A stretch of 64,000 nt of DNA from the NCBI RefSeq assembly GCF_964204645.1, contig NC_134026.1, forward strand, positions 28,802,150 through 28,866,149, written 5' to 3'. The notes beneath the pieces were generated by a model. That model ran no database searches. It was given only the letters and a program-made list of their open reading frames with translations, and had not been told where the DNA came from. Every line of letters begins with the position of its first letter. Position 1 is the first letter of the stretch. The position numbers and the translations under genes are program-made. The DNA is from Tubulanus polymorphus. Its lineage: Eukaryota; Animalia; Nemertea. This document shows, piece by piece, positions 25,514 through 40,067 of the stretch.

Positions 25514-26715
25514 AATGAGCTTTAATGAAGCAAGGCATTCGTCTGTGGATTTTCAGAGATGACGTGATGAACACTAGACATCTAACCGAGGGTTTAATAT
25601 GAGAGAAAAGAAATGAATCTATCAAGATGAAACTATAAATCTATGTTGACGAAAGGCGAATCTGTAAATTCTCTTTAGCAAAATGTACAACATAAACATG
25701 TGAGATACACGTTTTCTCAAAGTATGCGAATCAATCGTTCATGTAAGGCAAGTTTCAAGTCATAATAAAGCGTCATTGTAAAAAAGACAGATAAAATTCA
25801 ACAGTTACAGCGGAGACAAAAATATAGAATATAAGCATAGTTAATGTTTGCCTTTTACCTTGTCTTCTTTGGTCCCGGATTCTCAACATATTCCGCACTG
25901 TAACGGGGCAAATATCTAAATCCCTGTAACAGCTTAATCCGAACACAAACAAACAAATATTCGATTCACAATTGTTGATCAATATTCGCGTCAGATAATA
26001 GACAACCCCTGAAACCTGGCTTTATATTCATAATGAATTATTCCGAGACAAAATAAATCATTGTTTTTTTTTAGTAAAATGAGTAACACGTCACGGCGTC
26101 TACTGATGCGAAAGCTACTACCAGCTACCGACTCCACAACTTGTCAAATGAAAGTTGATACTTTCTACGCGGAGTCTGAAGAACTTGACGAAAAGAGATC
26201 GGTCATTAAATATACCCCTTCTTTATTTGCATACGTGCCCGAAACAACGTGGCTACATCTCGAGCGTGTATTGATATAATAAGCTACAACCGAACTGCAC
26301 ACACGGCAAAGAAAAGAGTGCGCTAAGAATATCCACGATAAAGCAGGTTTCCACAATAAAATGATATAGTGCGGTGGCTCGCAGAGTTTCGCCGTTTATC
26401 TTAGTCTGATTGACTGATAGAAACTGCTCGAGTATAGTAAATAGAATATGTGCGAATTAGTATTGTTACTGGGAACATAGTTTGATCAGGGAGGTGGGAT
26501 ACAGTATATCAAGCATTCCACACGGAGTTTACGTCAATCATTGTTTTACCTGTAACACAAAGGGGATTAAAATACATTAATCTTTTGAATCAAACAACGA
26601 TTAATCAGTTTAAAAGCTTACGTTCTAATCCGTCGTTTGATTCTGATCAAACGTAGATTATGAACAAAGGTGGAAATTTTCGCAGCAGGAAATAGGCGAC
26701 GTATTCTTTATAAGT

Positions 26716-26747
26716 CCATGGACTCTAAAACGTTTTAGAGTCCATGG
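26716..26747. repeat. Perfect 32-bp palindrome flanked by TAAGT direct repeats
   Basis: taagt-ccatggactctaaaac|gttttagagtccatgg-taagt. A diverged relative lies at about 30126-30157. Confidence 0.8.
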
Positions 26748-29700
26748 TAAGTCAGATCGATATTTGATAAACAAATATCCAAATAGTGGATGTGATAGTT
26801 TCGATTTGTTAAAGGGAGTGGAAAGGCATAGCGGCAATGTTTGAATTGGAAATTTGTCGCGACTCATTTGGTTTTCAATCATTGTCATTTAAGACGATCA
26901 GTCTTTGTCTCCGCTTGTTTTTGGCGACTTGCTCGATTCATCCATCTTGTTCGGTTGAACATGAAACACGAATAAGATAAGCACCTTTTGCACGTAAAAA
27001 AGAAATAAGCTTTGCTCAACATTGACGTCAGAAAAATAGAAAAGCAATTGTGCCGAGATGACGCTTTTGCTATCTTTAAATTGTCGTCGGCAAGGCTTGG
27101 GATATGAGGTGATGCATTGAACATGTAGAGCAATAAAGCAATCAAATGTTAGCGTGCAGGAAACAAAATAAGGCAGCGATACTGGTGTGAATATAGCGGC
27201 TGATCTGGGCCACAAACTGATTAAAATGAAAAAAAATCTCTTTTCACCGTATGTTTCAAGCACCCGCTGAAAATAACATTTAGGTCCTGAAAACCACTGT
27301 TAGTTATTTTCAGGCACTACCACAATTATTAGTTGATACAGCACATGCTGAAAACAACTTTTTCACAAATTCTTTTCCAATAAATTTGATATTTTGTGGC
27401 CTGAATCAGCCACCAGTATATATTGGGAGTATATATTCCATTCTAGATCGATTCGAAAAAAGGATTTTCATTGGCGTGAGTAAGTCGTATTTTGATGTGA
27501 CGTATTGATAAACGCTGGATATGCGTGTCAATGTTCACGTGTGTCGATTCGCGGAGTGATTCAGTCTAATCTATTTAATGATAATAATAATACAAGTATT
27601 TTGTAAAGCGCTATTCCGAAAACTCGCTCACTGCACTAACGGATTTGGCAGATCTACATGAAGATTTCATCAGTTCGATCCGGTTAAATCAGACTATGTC
27701 TTCAAAATACAAACATACAGAAAACATTATGTTTGAAGGATCTGACTTAAAGGGTTCTTTAATTAACATTCAGTCAAGCATTCAATATCCGCAATGTTTT
27801 CCGTAATTAGTTTCAGTAACCATCGATTACGTCATCGCTACTATGACGTTTCATCGTTTCATGCAATTCTGTGCAAGCAAAAGAAAACCTTTAATCGTCA
27901 TTTCATCGTTTTCTGCTTTTCGGCCTAAATACGCCTGTATTCAAGTCATATTATTGTCTAAATGATTAACTTGAATTTAAGTGATCCTATTTTTTTCTGT
28001 AACTAGTTTCATCTCATTCGATCTTTGAGAGTTGCATCAATAAACCAAATATAAGATGTATGAAAATTGATGAAATATTGATGATGCCTTGGACGAATTT
28101 CTGATAAATCAAATCATCGATATCTGAAAGATTCGACTAAATACCGTGAGACAAAATCTTGAAGAGTGGACAGTCTGGTATATACGGGGTATTGGGGGAT
28201 CGGGGATCTTCTAAAGTAGTAGTAGGTATAAGAAGAAAAACTAATTTACAGGTTAATCGACGCTTTGAAAAACGACATATACATTACGCGGTATTTTGCG
28301 ACAATGGATAACCCAACGACAATACAGTCAGTACACTGTAAACTGGCCTTACTGCTCACATTTTGATGGTAAGTAATATCGACAATTCAACCGGTCTAGC
28401 CCCAAAACTGATGACGTAGGGCACACCCACTCATGTACTACAATTGCTATTGATATTCATTAGATAGAAAATAAGATTCATGAAATTTAATCTATCAAAA
28501 AATAAACGCCAAAAACACAATTTTAATTGTCGTTTTGAGACAATAACATTGGTGACGTAGAGCACATTGACTCGTACATCTACCCCTTGAATAACGCATA
28601 GCTAGGAATACATAATAACATTTTTGTACCGGTTTTTACGGCGTCAAAAGTGGCAGTCTAATTAGTGAATATGTTTCTATTAGGTTATTATTACATCTCA
28701 TATATCAAAAAGTATGTTCCATATCGAATGGCTATAGTCGTCTTATGATATCTTACGACAAGAAAATGGAACAACAGCGCCGGAACAAAAAAATATTTTG
28801 CGATGACGGTTTTGTGTTGCCTGGCACATCTCGTGTTTCTTTCCGAGTACCCATTTTTAAATTCAAAGGACTTGTTAATACCTCGCAAACACCTGTTGAT
28901 GGCAATACTAATTACCAGTCTATTCTGTCAACTTAAAGAAGATTGTCTCATATCAGGTTCTGATTTGACAGAAGACGATACATTCCTACACATCCCTACA
29001 CGTCGTATCTAAGCGTGTTTTCTGTCGCTTCGACCTCGGGCAATTTTCTCGTCGTCGAAGACTTTATCCTCTCCTCGTACAAGTTAGGCCATCGTGAAAT
29101 GGTCAGAACAAATGGCAAAAGCTCTCAGGCTCTTAACTTGGTATTAATGTTGTTTATGCTGATAACCACGATCATTTCCACTGGAGGCCCATCGAGATTA
29201 CCTAAATTAAACATCATTTCTCATTTAAAATGTCTCCAAAGAACGACTGGTGGGACCGATGCGTATCATCCGTCAAATAACAAGGGGCAAATTGTAACAA
29301 TTTAACCATATGAAATGAGCCTTAAGTATCAGAGTTTATCTGATAACCTATAATGAATCACGCGTAGTTTTATTCAGCGGGTAAAGGACGTGATGATAGT
29401 TGAGTTCCGTTATCTAAATATGTTCCTATCGAATCCTAATGAACGGAAGATATGAAGGTGATCAGATAGTGATTAATAAATAACGTTCGGTGGAACATTA
29501 GATTAGCTGCGGCTGTACTTGCGCAAGTGAATGAATACAGTTGATGAATTACATTTAGCTTGTTCCGTGTTTATGCGGTCTGGAACATAACCAGTATAGC
29601 TTCAAGGGTCCGGTTTAATTGCCTAAATGTTTCACGTATAACTGGTTACAATTAATACCAAACACTGATCGCGATATATACAACGCGAAACCATCTTGAT

Positions 29701-32700
29701 GGGATCTTGCACTTTGATCAATAAGGATAACATGGTCAAAATATCCGGACAAATTGAAATCTGTCTTCAGGACAGCGCTAATGTGTACCCGGTATGTATA
29801 CAGGGTTCAATTTCCAATTAGACATACAGTAGATAAGGTGGTGTACATGTCCCGTTAGACTTGTTTAATGCGACTTGTTTCACACGATGCCGAAACCATG
29901 ATTAGTTAACATCCTCTGAAACTGTGTGAGTATAAATAGACCCCAATGTGATTATAGACTATCAGTCACGAAATTCGCATCAGCTTTTTGTGCTAAGGAA
30001 TTAAATGGCATTCATTTATGAGATTCGACTCTTTCAACCGATCTGACCTCCCATGGAAGCCCGTTCTGATAAAATTTGCATTACACCAACCACCAAGGAC
30101 ATTTTTCATTTTCTTGGTAGTCTAAGCGAGGACACTAACGCGTTTTAGAGTCCGTGGTCTAGGTTACCGAAAAGTGCTTCCCAATTAACGGCAAACGCAA
30201 CTTACGCAACCGGAGTTTTCCTGAGGGGAAATAGATAGTAGAATAAGACAGTAAGAGGTTCTCTGACTAAGAGGTGGCCAACGGGCTTTTTGGTCATTAC
30301 GGTTAATCCTGCCGATGGTAACGTAGATCGTATGAACACCATTTGATACATTTCCCATCGCTAAAAATTATTATAAAAATGTTATAAGAAAAAATTCATT
30401 CTAGATCTACTTGTTTTCTGCTTGCAAAAGAGAAAATATGACAATATCAATTCTGAGTATTTAAGTATTCAAACGATTAAAATTTGGTACATGTTATCCG
30501 GTATTTTAAGAAAGGCACCACAATAATTAGATTGCAGCCAGCGATCCATGTTTTCATTCAATGAACCAAGCTTTTAGATCATAACTGAAGGCAATATATC
30601 TTATGTGTAACTGCGGATAATTAATTTAGCTTAAATTATTTCCGTGACTACCTTGTTGGAATATGAGCACCAACGCTATCCCGCGAGGTATTTTTCTTCG
30701 TCGTCTACGTCGTAAATATAAAGGAACAGTTATTACATAAATTCAGTGAGAGTTCTAGTAAATGGCTACCCGAGGCCACCAGCACTAACTAACAAACTAT
30801 AAACTACTAAAGATGATGAATAAGAGATTTCTTGTTCTTGATACATCCCTAAAACGCTCTGGTTTATCACAGAGATGTGAAAGAAAAACCCGACAGAAGT
30901 TGGTCGAGGTTTTGAGCTTATTACGGCTGTGCATGAAGTAAAAGATGAATGAAAAGAAGTATGAAGATAGACTTCTAATCCGCACAGAGAAGATACAGCT
31001 CTGTTTTACTGGTAATCTGCAGCTGCAGCTGCAGGTTGAGAACTGTTCGAGAAAGTTCATTCAGTTCGAAATCCTGGTGATTATATAAAATATCTAAATA
31101 TTTAATTTGGGAGTGCTGTTAATATTGCGCTCGACCGGAACGCATTTATGATGCGAATAAAAGCTCGATGTTTGTACACAAGATCTCATCTTTCCAATCA
31201 AAATATGCGTGGAATTTCAGAAAAAAATACCACTTGATCCATCTCAACAGTCTCACACCAGGAAAACCTTTAAAACAAAGTGATTATTAGTGATAGGAAA
31301 TAGCGAAGTTACGTCATCGGATCATTTTCACTAGAATTTGTGTAGTAAAGTTTCGAAATGTACATAATTGGTTAAATTACTAATCATCATATTCAATTCA
31401 TTGCCGTGAAATGTAAGTAGTCTTTAATTAGTTAACGATCTACGCACGATAAAGATCTCCAATTAAATTTTTTGTGATTTTCATTTAAAAGTTTTAACGT
31501 CGTCATTCATCGATTTGACATTTCGAAATACAATATTGTATGTATCGTGCGATGATATATTGGAAGATATTACTTTTTAAAGCACGATCATTGCTTTGAG
31601 GTGTAGATCAGAAGTGAGAACCTCGCTGAAAGTGTCATTTCGGATCAATATCATTTCAACACCTGCTACCCGTAAACCTATTGGACACCGTGCAGTCAAA
31701 ACCTCAGTCTGTCTTTAAAATGTCAATTACCCTTAGAGAAGATCAGCATAAAATCTCTTCTGGTAGTTGCTCAGAATACACCAATATCATCGTAGTATTA
31801 GTTACGGCCCACGTCACACATTTTTTAGGTTATCAACAGAAAGACAAAAGTTCTTTTTCCTGACATCTCAGAACTAATAAAATTATGTGTCAAATCTGTT
31901 TTGCTAAGGCACAATTAATCAGTATCCTCATCATTTAGGGGCTCATCTCCTCGAAGATGAATGATATTTCATTTTTAAGAAGATCACGACGTTGCGATGA
32001 ATGTTAGTTGATTCACAGTGATTCGTACCGGCTTCAATATCGCGTCATGTCAATACGCTTTTGCCATTTATCTTTCATAGGCCGTTTCTAGAAAGATGAC
32101 TAAATAGAAAAGCGATATTCAACAGATCCAGTGGGATCAAAGCGAATCTATCGAATGTGGAAATAAAGCCATTCATTGTCAGAAACTGTGATGTTCTGAA
32201 ATAAAACGATCGAATGATTACTTCTTTTTGTCCCCAAGCATACAGACGTATTCCATATTTACATCGAGCCGCACTCGATTGATGAAACTGATTTAGGAAT
32301 TGTTTCCTACTCGGTAAAGAATGACGAATTGAGTGTTGATGTTTGTCTTGCCACCGTGAAAAATTGCGTGACCCCGAAACTTCAAATCAGTTGTTTCTCT
32401 CTCCGATAAAATAAGGCTCACCTAATCACCCAACAACTTATTCAGCGGACAATTTACGACAAGGAATAACGAAGTAGGATCGGCAGCGGGTGAAAGAATT
32501 ATTCTACCGCAATCAGAACCGGGAAAAAGACAGGTGCACAAATGTTAGGTTCCGAAGAGATGTTAGATATCGGAATAATGGACGAAAGACTCGGGGAGTC
32601 TGTTGGAACAGTTTGCAACCACGGTGATTTTGAATTGTATCATCCCCTCAACTAAGAAGCCGAACAAGACCCGAGCTACAAAATATCCCACTGCGTTAAT

Positions 32701-35700
32701 TGGGAGGACAGTAACAACTGACACACCCTGAGCTCCTAGAATATTTGTCAATATAGTAATAATTCAATTTTTCGTTTTCAGATTTTTAAGAATTTGTCAC
32801 CATTTGTCCAAAAAAAGAATAGGTACGAATTGACAAATTCACATACGTGTATATATTATTGTGCAAACTGTATAACTTTCTACCCAAGCTGATTTCGCAT
32901 CTTAATTCATCCCGGTGATGGAATTCATTAGAATTCAAAATGTTTGCAATTCTGAGAACTACGTTTTACATAGTATAACATAATGTTAAACTAAGCTTGA
33001 TATACGAATAGATCCACATCGATTGGTACTTACTATTAGTCAAAATGAGCTGTCATCCTCATCGCTGTATGGATCGCCATGTCAAGTATAAGTTGTGTTA
33101 GTTTCAGAGTTCTAGATGAAATGCTCAAAGTGCAACACGTCACATCTGGCAGTGGATTTTAGAACCAGTTGCCGGGGAATTCGCTGTGCGTATAAATGAT
33201 GAGTTTTACGTGACAACAGAGACCAATCAGTTGCTTTATCTTTGAGATCGCAGCTAAATAAACTTTTCTGTAGTTTAAGAATTGAAATGGCATTTACCTA
33301 AATCGACGTAACGAGGATATTCAGCATCTTCGAACTGTTAACCCATTTCAATAAGCAGGCATCAGTGAGTACTTGATATACCAATTAAACTAAGTTAGAC
33401 TCTCAAGACTCCTAACGCGGAAATCGTTTGTTACAAGTTACGTGTTGGCGATTCGAAAACTACAACGATTCAAGACAGGTCTGGTTCAGCCAGCGTGGAT
33501 ATCTGCCAACACGATTCTTCAGTTTGCTCGTGTATACCCAATCGTACAAGTAAACTATCAGAATAACATTTAAAACTAACGACAACCGTGATAACAATTA
33601 TCTCGTATTATCAGTACCTACTTGCTTCGTTATGATAGCTGCCTCCTTCGACATTTCAACTGCTGTGTTACGCACATCTCAGTTAACGCCACGTTAGAAA
33701 CCGTCTAACGAGTAGAACTTCGCCCCTGTTCAAACCCTTTGCCCTTTAAAAAGTCTGGAATTCAGATGGTCTTATCCTGTAGTCGAAAACTATAGGTCGA
33801 ATTGGTTCTTTGATATGTTCATCCTACGCTTGGGTATGTGCTTTGGGCATTTACCAGTGGGGCCCATAGGAAAATGAATCGTAAAGGTTGTATCACAGTC
33901 AAACATTTGAGTCAATGGAAAAAGATTGTCGCGAGTTAATTTTCAGATGTAGATTCGTTGTCGCTTTGTCACTGGCACCTGTTTTTGTTGACTTCAAAGC
34001 TAATGCCACAAATAAGGACCCACAATCTGAGTTCATCTAAAGGCTATCTAAACTCATTATCTAATAGCGCAGTAAGAAAAACTATTTCAATGCTCTGCTT
34101 GAAAACATCTTGCTGCGCCGCCAAAACCTACAACTATTTAAATGACGTTAATGGAATCAGATCCCCCACGACAAATAGATGTAATTTTCTGAACGTTTTT
34201 GTACTAGTAAAAATAACCGTCGAAATCCTAATGATCCGAAAATGAAAATAGGGAATCACTTTCGGGCACCAACAACATCTCATGGTAACTAATTACTCGA
34301 GTGCAAATATAACGCGTCAGCGAGAAATTTAATATCACTCTGAAAACAAATTCAGTAAACAGTATCATTATACGTGAAAAACGCCGCCATTTTATGCGTT
34401 ATTTTGCGATGCTTGTTATCTGCAGAATTCTGTTAGAACGGAAACCTAACATTATGTGCCAATTAGAGCACCGCGTTGAAGTAGATGATGACTTACAAAG
34501 ATCGCTTTAATTCTACGAAAATCAGTGACGTACGATTTTTAAGCACTTCTTTTAAGGTCTCTTCTTGTTTGCAATTATTTCTGTTTATACATGATTTACG
34601 CTATTTTCGGCAGATGAGGAATATAAGATAAAATGTAGATCATCTCGAATGAACAATCATGACGTGTCTCCAGTAGTAAACAGCAATGAGGTCCGTCTCT
34701 CCTCAATCTTATACAATACGCGGCACAGGAATTCATCATAGCGAATCAGTTATTTTTATTTCCTCATTAACAAATAAAATATCTGATATACCTCGAATTA
34801 TCGACGGCCTTATATCAATATTATCGACGTTTATGTTTTTCGCGAGGCATATGGATAGAAATAATGTAATATTCGGTGAAACAATTAGCAAATTGAAAAT
34901 ATTTCACGGTTGAATCGAGCGCTTGCAAATCTCTGGATAATTACATTCGACATCAAACCGAGGAAAAATGTTCTAGTAGGTGATCGACGATCGCGTTATC
35001 TGTGCACAGTTCCATCGATCGGTAGCCTGAATTTACTCAGTCTTACTCAGAGGTAGAAGAGTTAAATCTCTCAGACAATATAATAAACTCGCGCGGTGAA
35101 AAATAGAATTACCAGGCGTCATTTCTCAGCTGAAAGCTCAATACGTAATTTCCTGTAAACTATTGAAAGGAAATTTGAAGGAGGTTTGAATAGTACGAAA
35201 AAAATGAATAAATACTTGTAAATGTGTGAATTTCAAGTCACCAGTTCTGTTGTTGATCTGTGTGATCTGGCCGATCATGCCACATATGAACTGAGATGAT
35301 CTCGGATTGGACCATTATCTCATCTCATAAGATGGATTTGATTCAAATAATCGATGCCTTTATTTCGATCTTCACAAGTATTGTCAGATATAGACAGATT
35401 TAACCTAAGGCTTTTCGCAATGGGTTTATTAGTTTAAGACATTCCAATATACTTATATGCGTCCAGATATGAACGTGGGTTGACTACCATTGGTCTACTG
35501 ATGATAATCTTAGCCTAGAGCGTTAGGCATCAAATTTTGACAGATAAAGGAGAGAAGAAAATGATCTCGCGGATCAGAATTTAATATGGCTCATTTTCTC
35601 CTCGCGTACAAAGGTTGTTTATATGAGGATTAGACTTCAGTCATCATTGTTTTGTACTTTCATTCAGATTATATGAATTTCCATCGATATTTTCCCCGGT

Positions 35701-38700
35701 AGTCAATGCATACAAACGTACGTACAAACTATCAATTTAAATCTCTCTTTTTTCTCTTTTTCCAACAACCTGCTGAGCGCCACGCAGGGCATTATTAGCG
35801 GGTTCGATCACCAATTGGAAAGAGACCATAGAAGAACTTCTCAATCAATTTAATATCAATTACTCCCCATAAGCCTATAAAGAGAAGGTCGGCTTGCTCT
35901 TGAGGAGAATTAACCGCAACAGGTTGTTTCTAACTCATATAGTTGACAGGTTAGCCAATATAATTACATACACATCAGAAGAATGCCACGAACATGACCG
36001 CTAGTTAATGATGTTTGATATTTACCTACAACACCTGGGTTCGTGCGTTACCTACTGGTGGCCATATCACAAATTGCAGTATATATGCATGTACATCATC
36101 GCCGCTAGGAAACTGTAAGAATCTATCATTTATACGAACGTGTGTTTACCCGAACTATCTGAAGAATCCTGACAAATTAGCTAATATATAGAACCTGCAC
36201 GATGTTCTTGACTCACTCTCTCTCTCTCGAGTATCGGTTCATGCCTGGCCATTCACAAACCCATCACTAATATTACGAAGCTTATATCCTAAGGTGAGGT
36301 GACCTGGTCAGGTGTCTCGTCACTCTTCTCTTAATATATCTCTCACACGAAATATCATCCCCGTTTGATTTTTTATCATCGTTTATTTATTCCATTTTCT
36401 AAACATTTGGCTACTAGTTGATTCTCTAATGAAAAATATACAATGTGGATGTTGTAGATTCGTTTCTAGACCCTATCCAGTGGATCGATGTAACGACTCG
36501 TGATTAAGTATCATGACTTTAACACGCTCTCCGCGAAATCGCGAGGGAATTAATAATTAATTGAAACTTTGAAATAGATCTACATTACTCAATGGCAGGA
36601 TAAGACATCACTGAAATTCAACTATCCTACAAACCATCGCTATGGATTTCGTAAAGCGCCATAAACACGCTTCCAATTAAGGAACCACACGAGGCTACTG
36701 TCAAATAGGATGATCTCTCAGCGTATGAGAAAGAGGATAAATCTTCAGACGCTACTCAAAGAACATATAAATGTTATTTTTGTGAAAAACGTCTAGTAAT
36801 TTATCACCCAGCGCTCAATAAATCTGTGTATCTTATTGTTTCATATCAAGGGAATTGCAACTGGCGCAACTAAACAAAATAATGCATGGCCTATGTGCAC
36901 TAGACAAATATTCCCGACGTCTCGCTTTTTGCGAAAATACCTCAATCACTACTATTTAAATCCCTGCGTGACAAATTTCACTAATTTGTGTAACGATATC
37001 TCATGAGAGGGTATTCGAGTAATTTCGTTGTGAAACTCAGACGTCCATTTAGTTTTCGCTGTTCTGCGAAAAGAATCATTATATTAATGTCTCTTATTTT
37101 TCACACTCACAGGCATTGAAAAATGAAGCGAAACAGCAACAAAACACGGACGTTCAGCAGGCGCAGTTTATTATGGCTTAGAGAATGCGGTAAAAATCCA
37201 ATTGCGGTGCCCATCTTGTCCGGATGAAGCAAAGAACATAAAAACAAAAACATGTCATCTATAAACGAATCCGGAAATTAGAAGATCAGAGCAGAAAATG
37301 GAAAAGCGAATTGATTTTGACTGACTATAACAACAATCAGTCGGTAAAAAAAACAAGAAAAAACATTATATCGGCACTAAACCATTTCTGAATCAATTTG
37401 GATGTCAGGCAGATTTTGACGCTTATCTACTGAATTTTGTAACGCAAATCCAAAGCATTATGTCGTCTCTATTTTATCTAAGCTATAAAAATGATTATTA
37501 ATAGAACTGCCGAGAGAGTTAATGAAGTTTAATATTCTCCGTTGTGATCATTTGAAGAAATAGGATCTAATCCGTTGAAAGCATTTTTCCCACGGGTTCG
37601 AGATAGAAAGAATTAGTTAAAGACTCATAGGAATTCGGTCTTCTAGATTGATTTAATCTATCGCTTTTAACCGTTACAAAACTGCGTCGAGTGTCGTGGC
37701 GGTTGGAAGATAAACTGTGGCACGAACGAGATTTCAAGAATCTCAATTTGAAGGCCAGGATTTCCTCTCGAGCATACGTACAATAGTTATGTACTCTTGT
37801 TTCAAAATCTTGCAAGAGACGAGGGAATGCAAGGGCCTTGATTAAATCAACATCACAATTGTATCATACTTAATACAAGTAAACAGTCACGTGATTCAGA
37901 GATACGTCGCATGAATAACTAATCGAATCGTTCGGGCGACATGAAGAACCCGGATATTGAATAAAAACAACGTAGCCCAGTAATTTGATAGATCTTACTC
38001 CACAAGCACAGAAATCGACTCCCGTATTAGATGTATCGGATGTATAAAGTGGATCTCAATATCAATTTATCACTTCAGTTGTTCTTCGGAAATATAGAGA
38101 CACGGTCAACTGACTCGACCAACACAAATTATATCATTACGTAGCGCATTACTAGAACTAATGGAATTCAATTAATGTATTTGGACAAAAAGGGGCAGCA
38201 TTAAGTATTATTTTGTATATATTCGCTTGGAAATGCGTTTTCGTGTCGGGGAAATGTAATGCATCGACTGCTCTGTGATTTAGTACGTACTCATGAATTT
38301 CAAATGAGTCCAATCACTGGCGTCGAAAGATCACAGATTTATCATCACTATTTGGTTTGGTCGAGTCGATGTTTTTATGATTTATTAGTTGAAATGTTGG
38401 TGGCTTTGCTGTGTTTGGTCATATCAACTGTACATATCGTCGGAGAATATCGAAAAATTATTCACAAGCCTTGAACTAGTTGTTACACATGAACCTAATG
38501 CGGAGGCGATTCGTGGCGCAAAATTCTGATTTCGGTCACTGCATGACGAGTGTTATACATATCTGAATTAATAACTCGGGTAAGGTATTTTAGAATTGAG
38601 AAGTGAAAAGTGAAGAGGCGTATTCAGGTGCCGAGGTATCGCCCTGGACCGAAAAAAACAAGTTAAAATTACCTTCACCCACGACGGGGAAGAAAATGCT

Positions 38701-38867
38701 ACGCAACAATTCACGTATGAAGATTACTGACTGAAATAGACTCCATGAGCAACAGGTTTTACAAATGTGTTTTATTTTAAAACACGAAGTCTAACCACGG
38801 CAGATTTTAACCACTAACTCTGTTCATATATTTCAAACTGGCGTGTATTATAGCGAGTACCTTTCCG

Positions 38868-38911
38868 CGCTCTCTTTGCACGCGCTCTCTCTCTCTCTCT
38901 CTCTGCGCTCT
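38868..38911. repeat. (CT)n-rich tract
   Basis: gctctctttgcacgcgctctctctctctctctctgcgctct. Confidence 0.6.
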
Positions 38912-40067
38912 TTCTGCGATCTCGATTATGAACAAAAAGTTTCAAAAGTTATTAGGTTCGGTGCGATACAATTTATGTTTTACGTAAGACGAGCATTGAG
39001 TTTTCATTCTCAGAATTTCATCAAAAGCCGGGCAAGAAAATACCTCTTCCAGACGCAGAAGAAAAAAAAACCAGACACTGTTGATAATTTCTCAGATACT
39101 CTCACCAATAACTATCATTCTGCCAGACATTCTGATATACATGTATATATAGATATATCGAAAACATATCTATCATTCTATCAATTAGCACGAAGATTGA
39201 TGAATGAAATACAGGCAGTTTACGTGTGTGTCAGCATAAGAACATTGCTGGTGCCGAAAGAAGAGTGTCACCAAGACATAAAGAAGTAACATTAATCATA
39301 GTTCGCGCTGTACAACCTGTGTTACATCGCATAATCAAAAAATAAATATGAAACGTTTAGGCGACATAGCTCTAACTCATGACGGAGGTCGTGGACAAAC
39401 AGGAAACAATTTTAGCCACTACGTGTTTCCTCTGACAGTGCCGTATTTACTCTGATCAGCGCTCAATTCGTTCAGCAAAACATTTTCAGTGATTTGTGCG
39501 TCACTTAATTCCCCCCGATACAGCATGATACAGTGACGCTAAAACGTCACGTCTTAACAGTGGGCTAGCAAAAATAGGACCTTACAGTTTTTCGAAAAAC
39601 GTTACCGGCCTTTATTCAAGTAGCCACTGTCCGTGCTAATCGGGAAATACATATACGAGCGACAAGTGCGTTACGAGTTCCGATGTTTTCTGTGAAAGAA
39701 ACTTTTTTAGACAACGGAGTCCTCGTTTGATTCTCAGTCCATTTCTTGATTTGGCGTACTTAACTTTTATAACCTTATAACCTACACTAACACCCCTCCT
39801 CTAAGAGAGACTGGCATCATGAAAATATAAAAACTACCCCCATACGGCCCATCCCCCGCAACAACTTTCCATTCAATTTGGATAATTAACGATGGCCATG
39901 AGATTAGTTTCTTTTTGATAAAAAAGTCATTGATCCATTTGAAACTGTGCATTCCCCCGTGACTTTGGTGGTAATGTGGACTGTCGATATTGGCACGGAT
40001 CAAATATAGCTAATGGACTTGTCTACGAAAGAAAGACCAAGTTGGTTATCAGTCTCCATCGAGGATC

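Noticed and set aside
26732-26741. GTTTTAGAG resembling the start of a Cas9 repeat (also near 30142)
   Set aside because: Only 9 bp, part of a palindrome, with no array.
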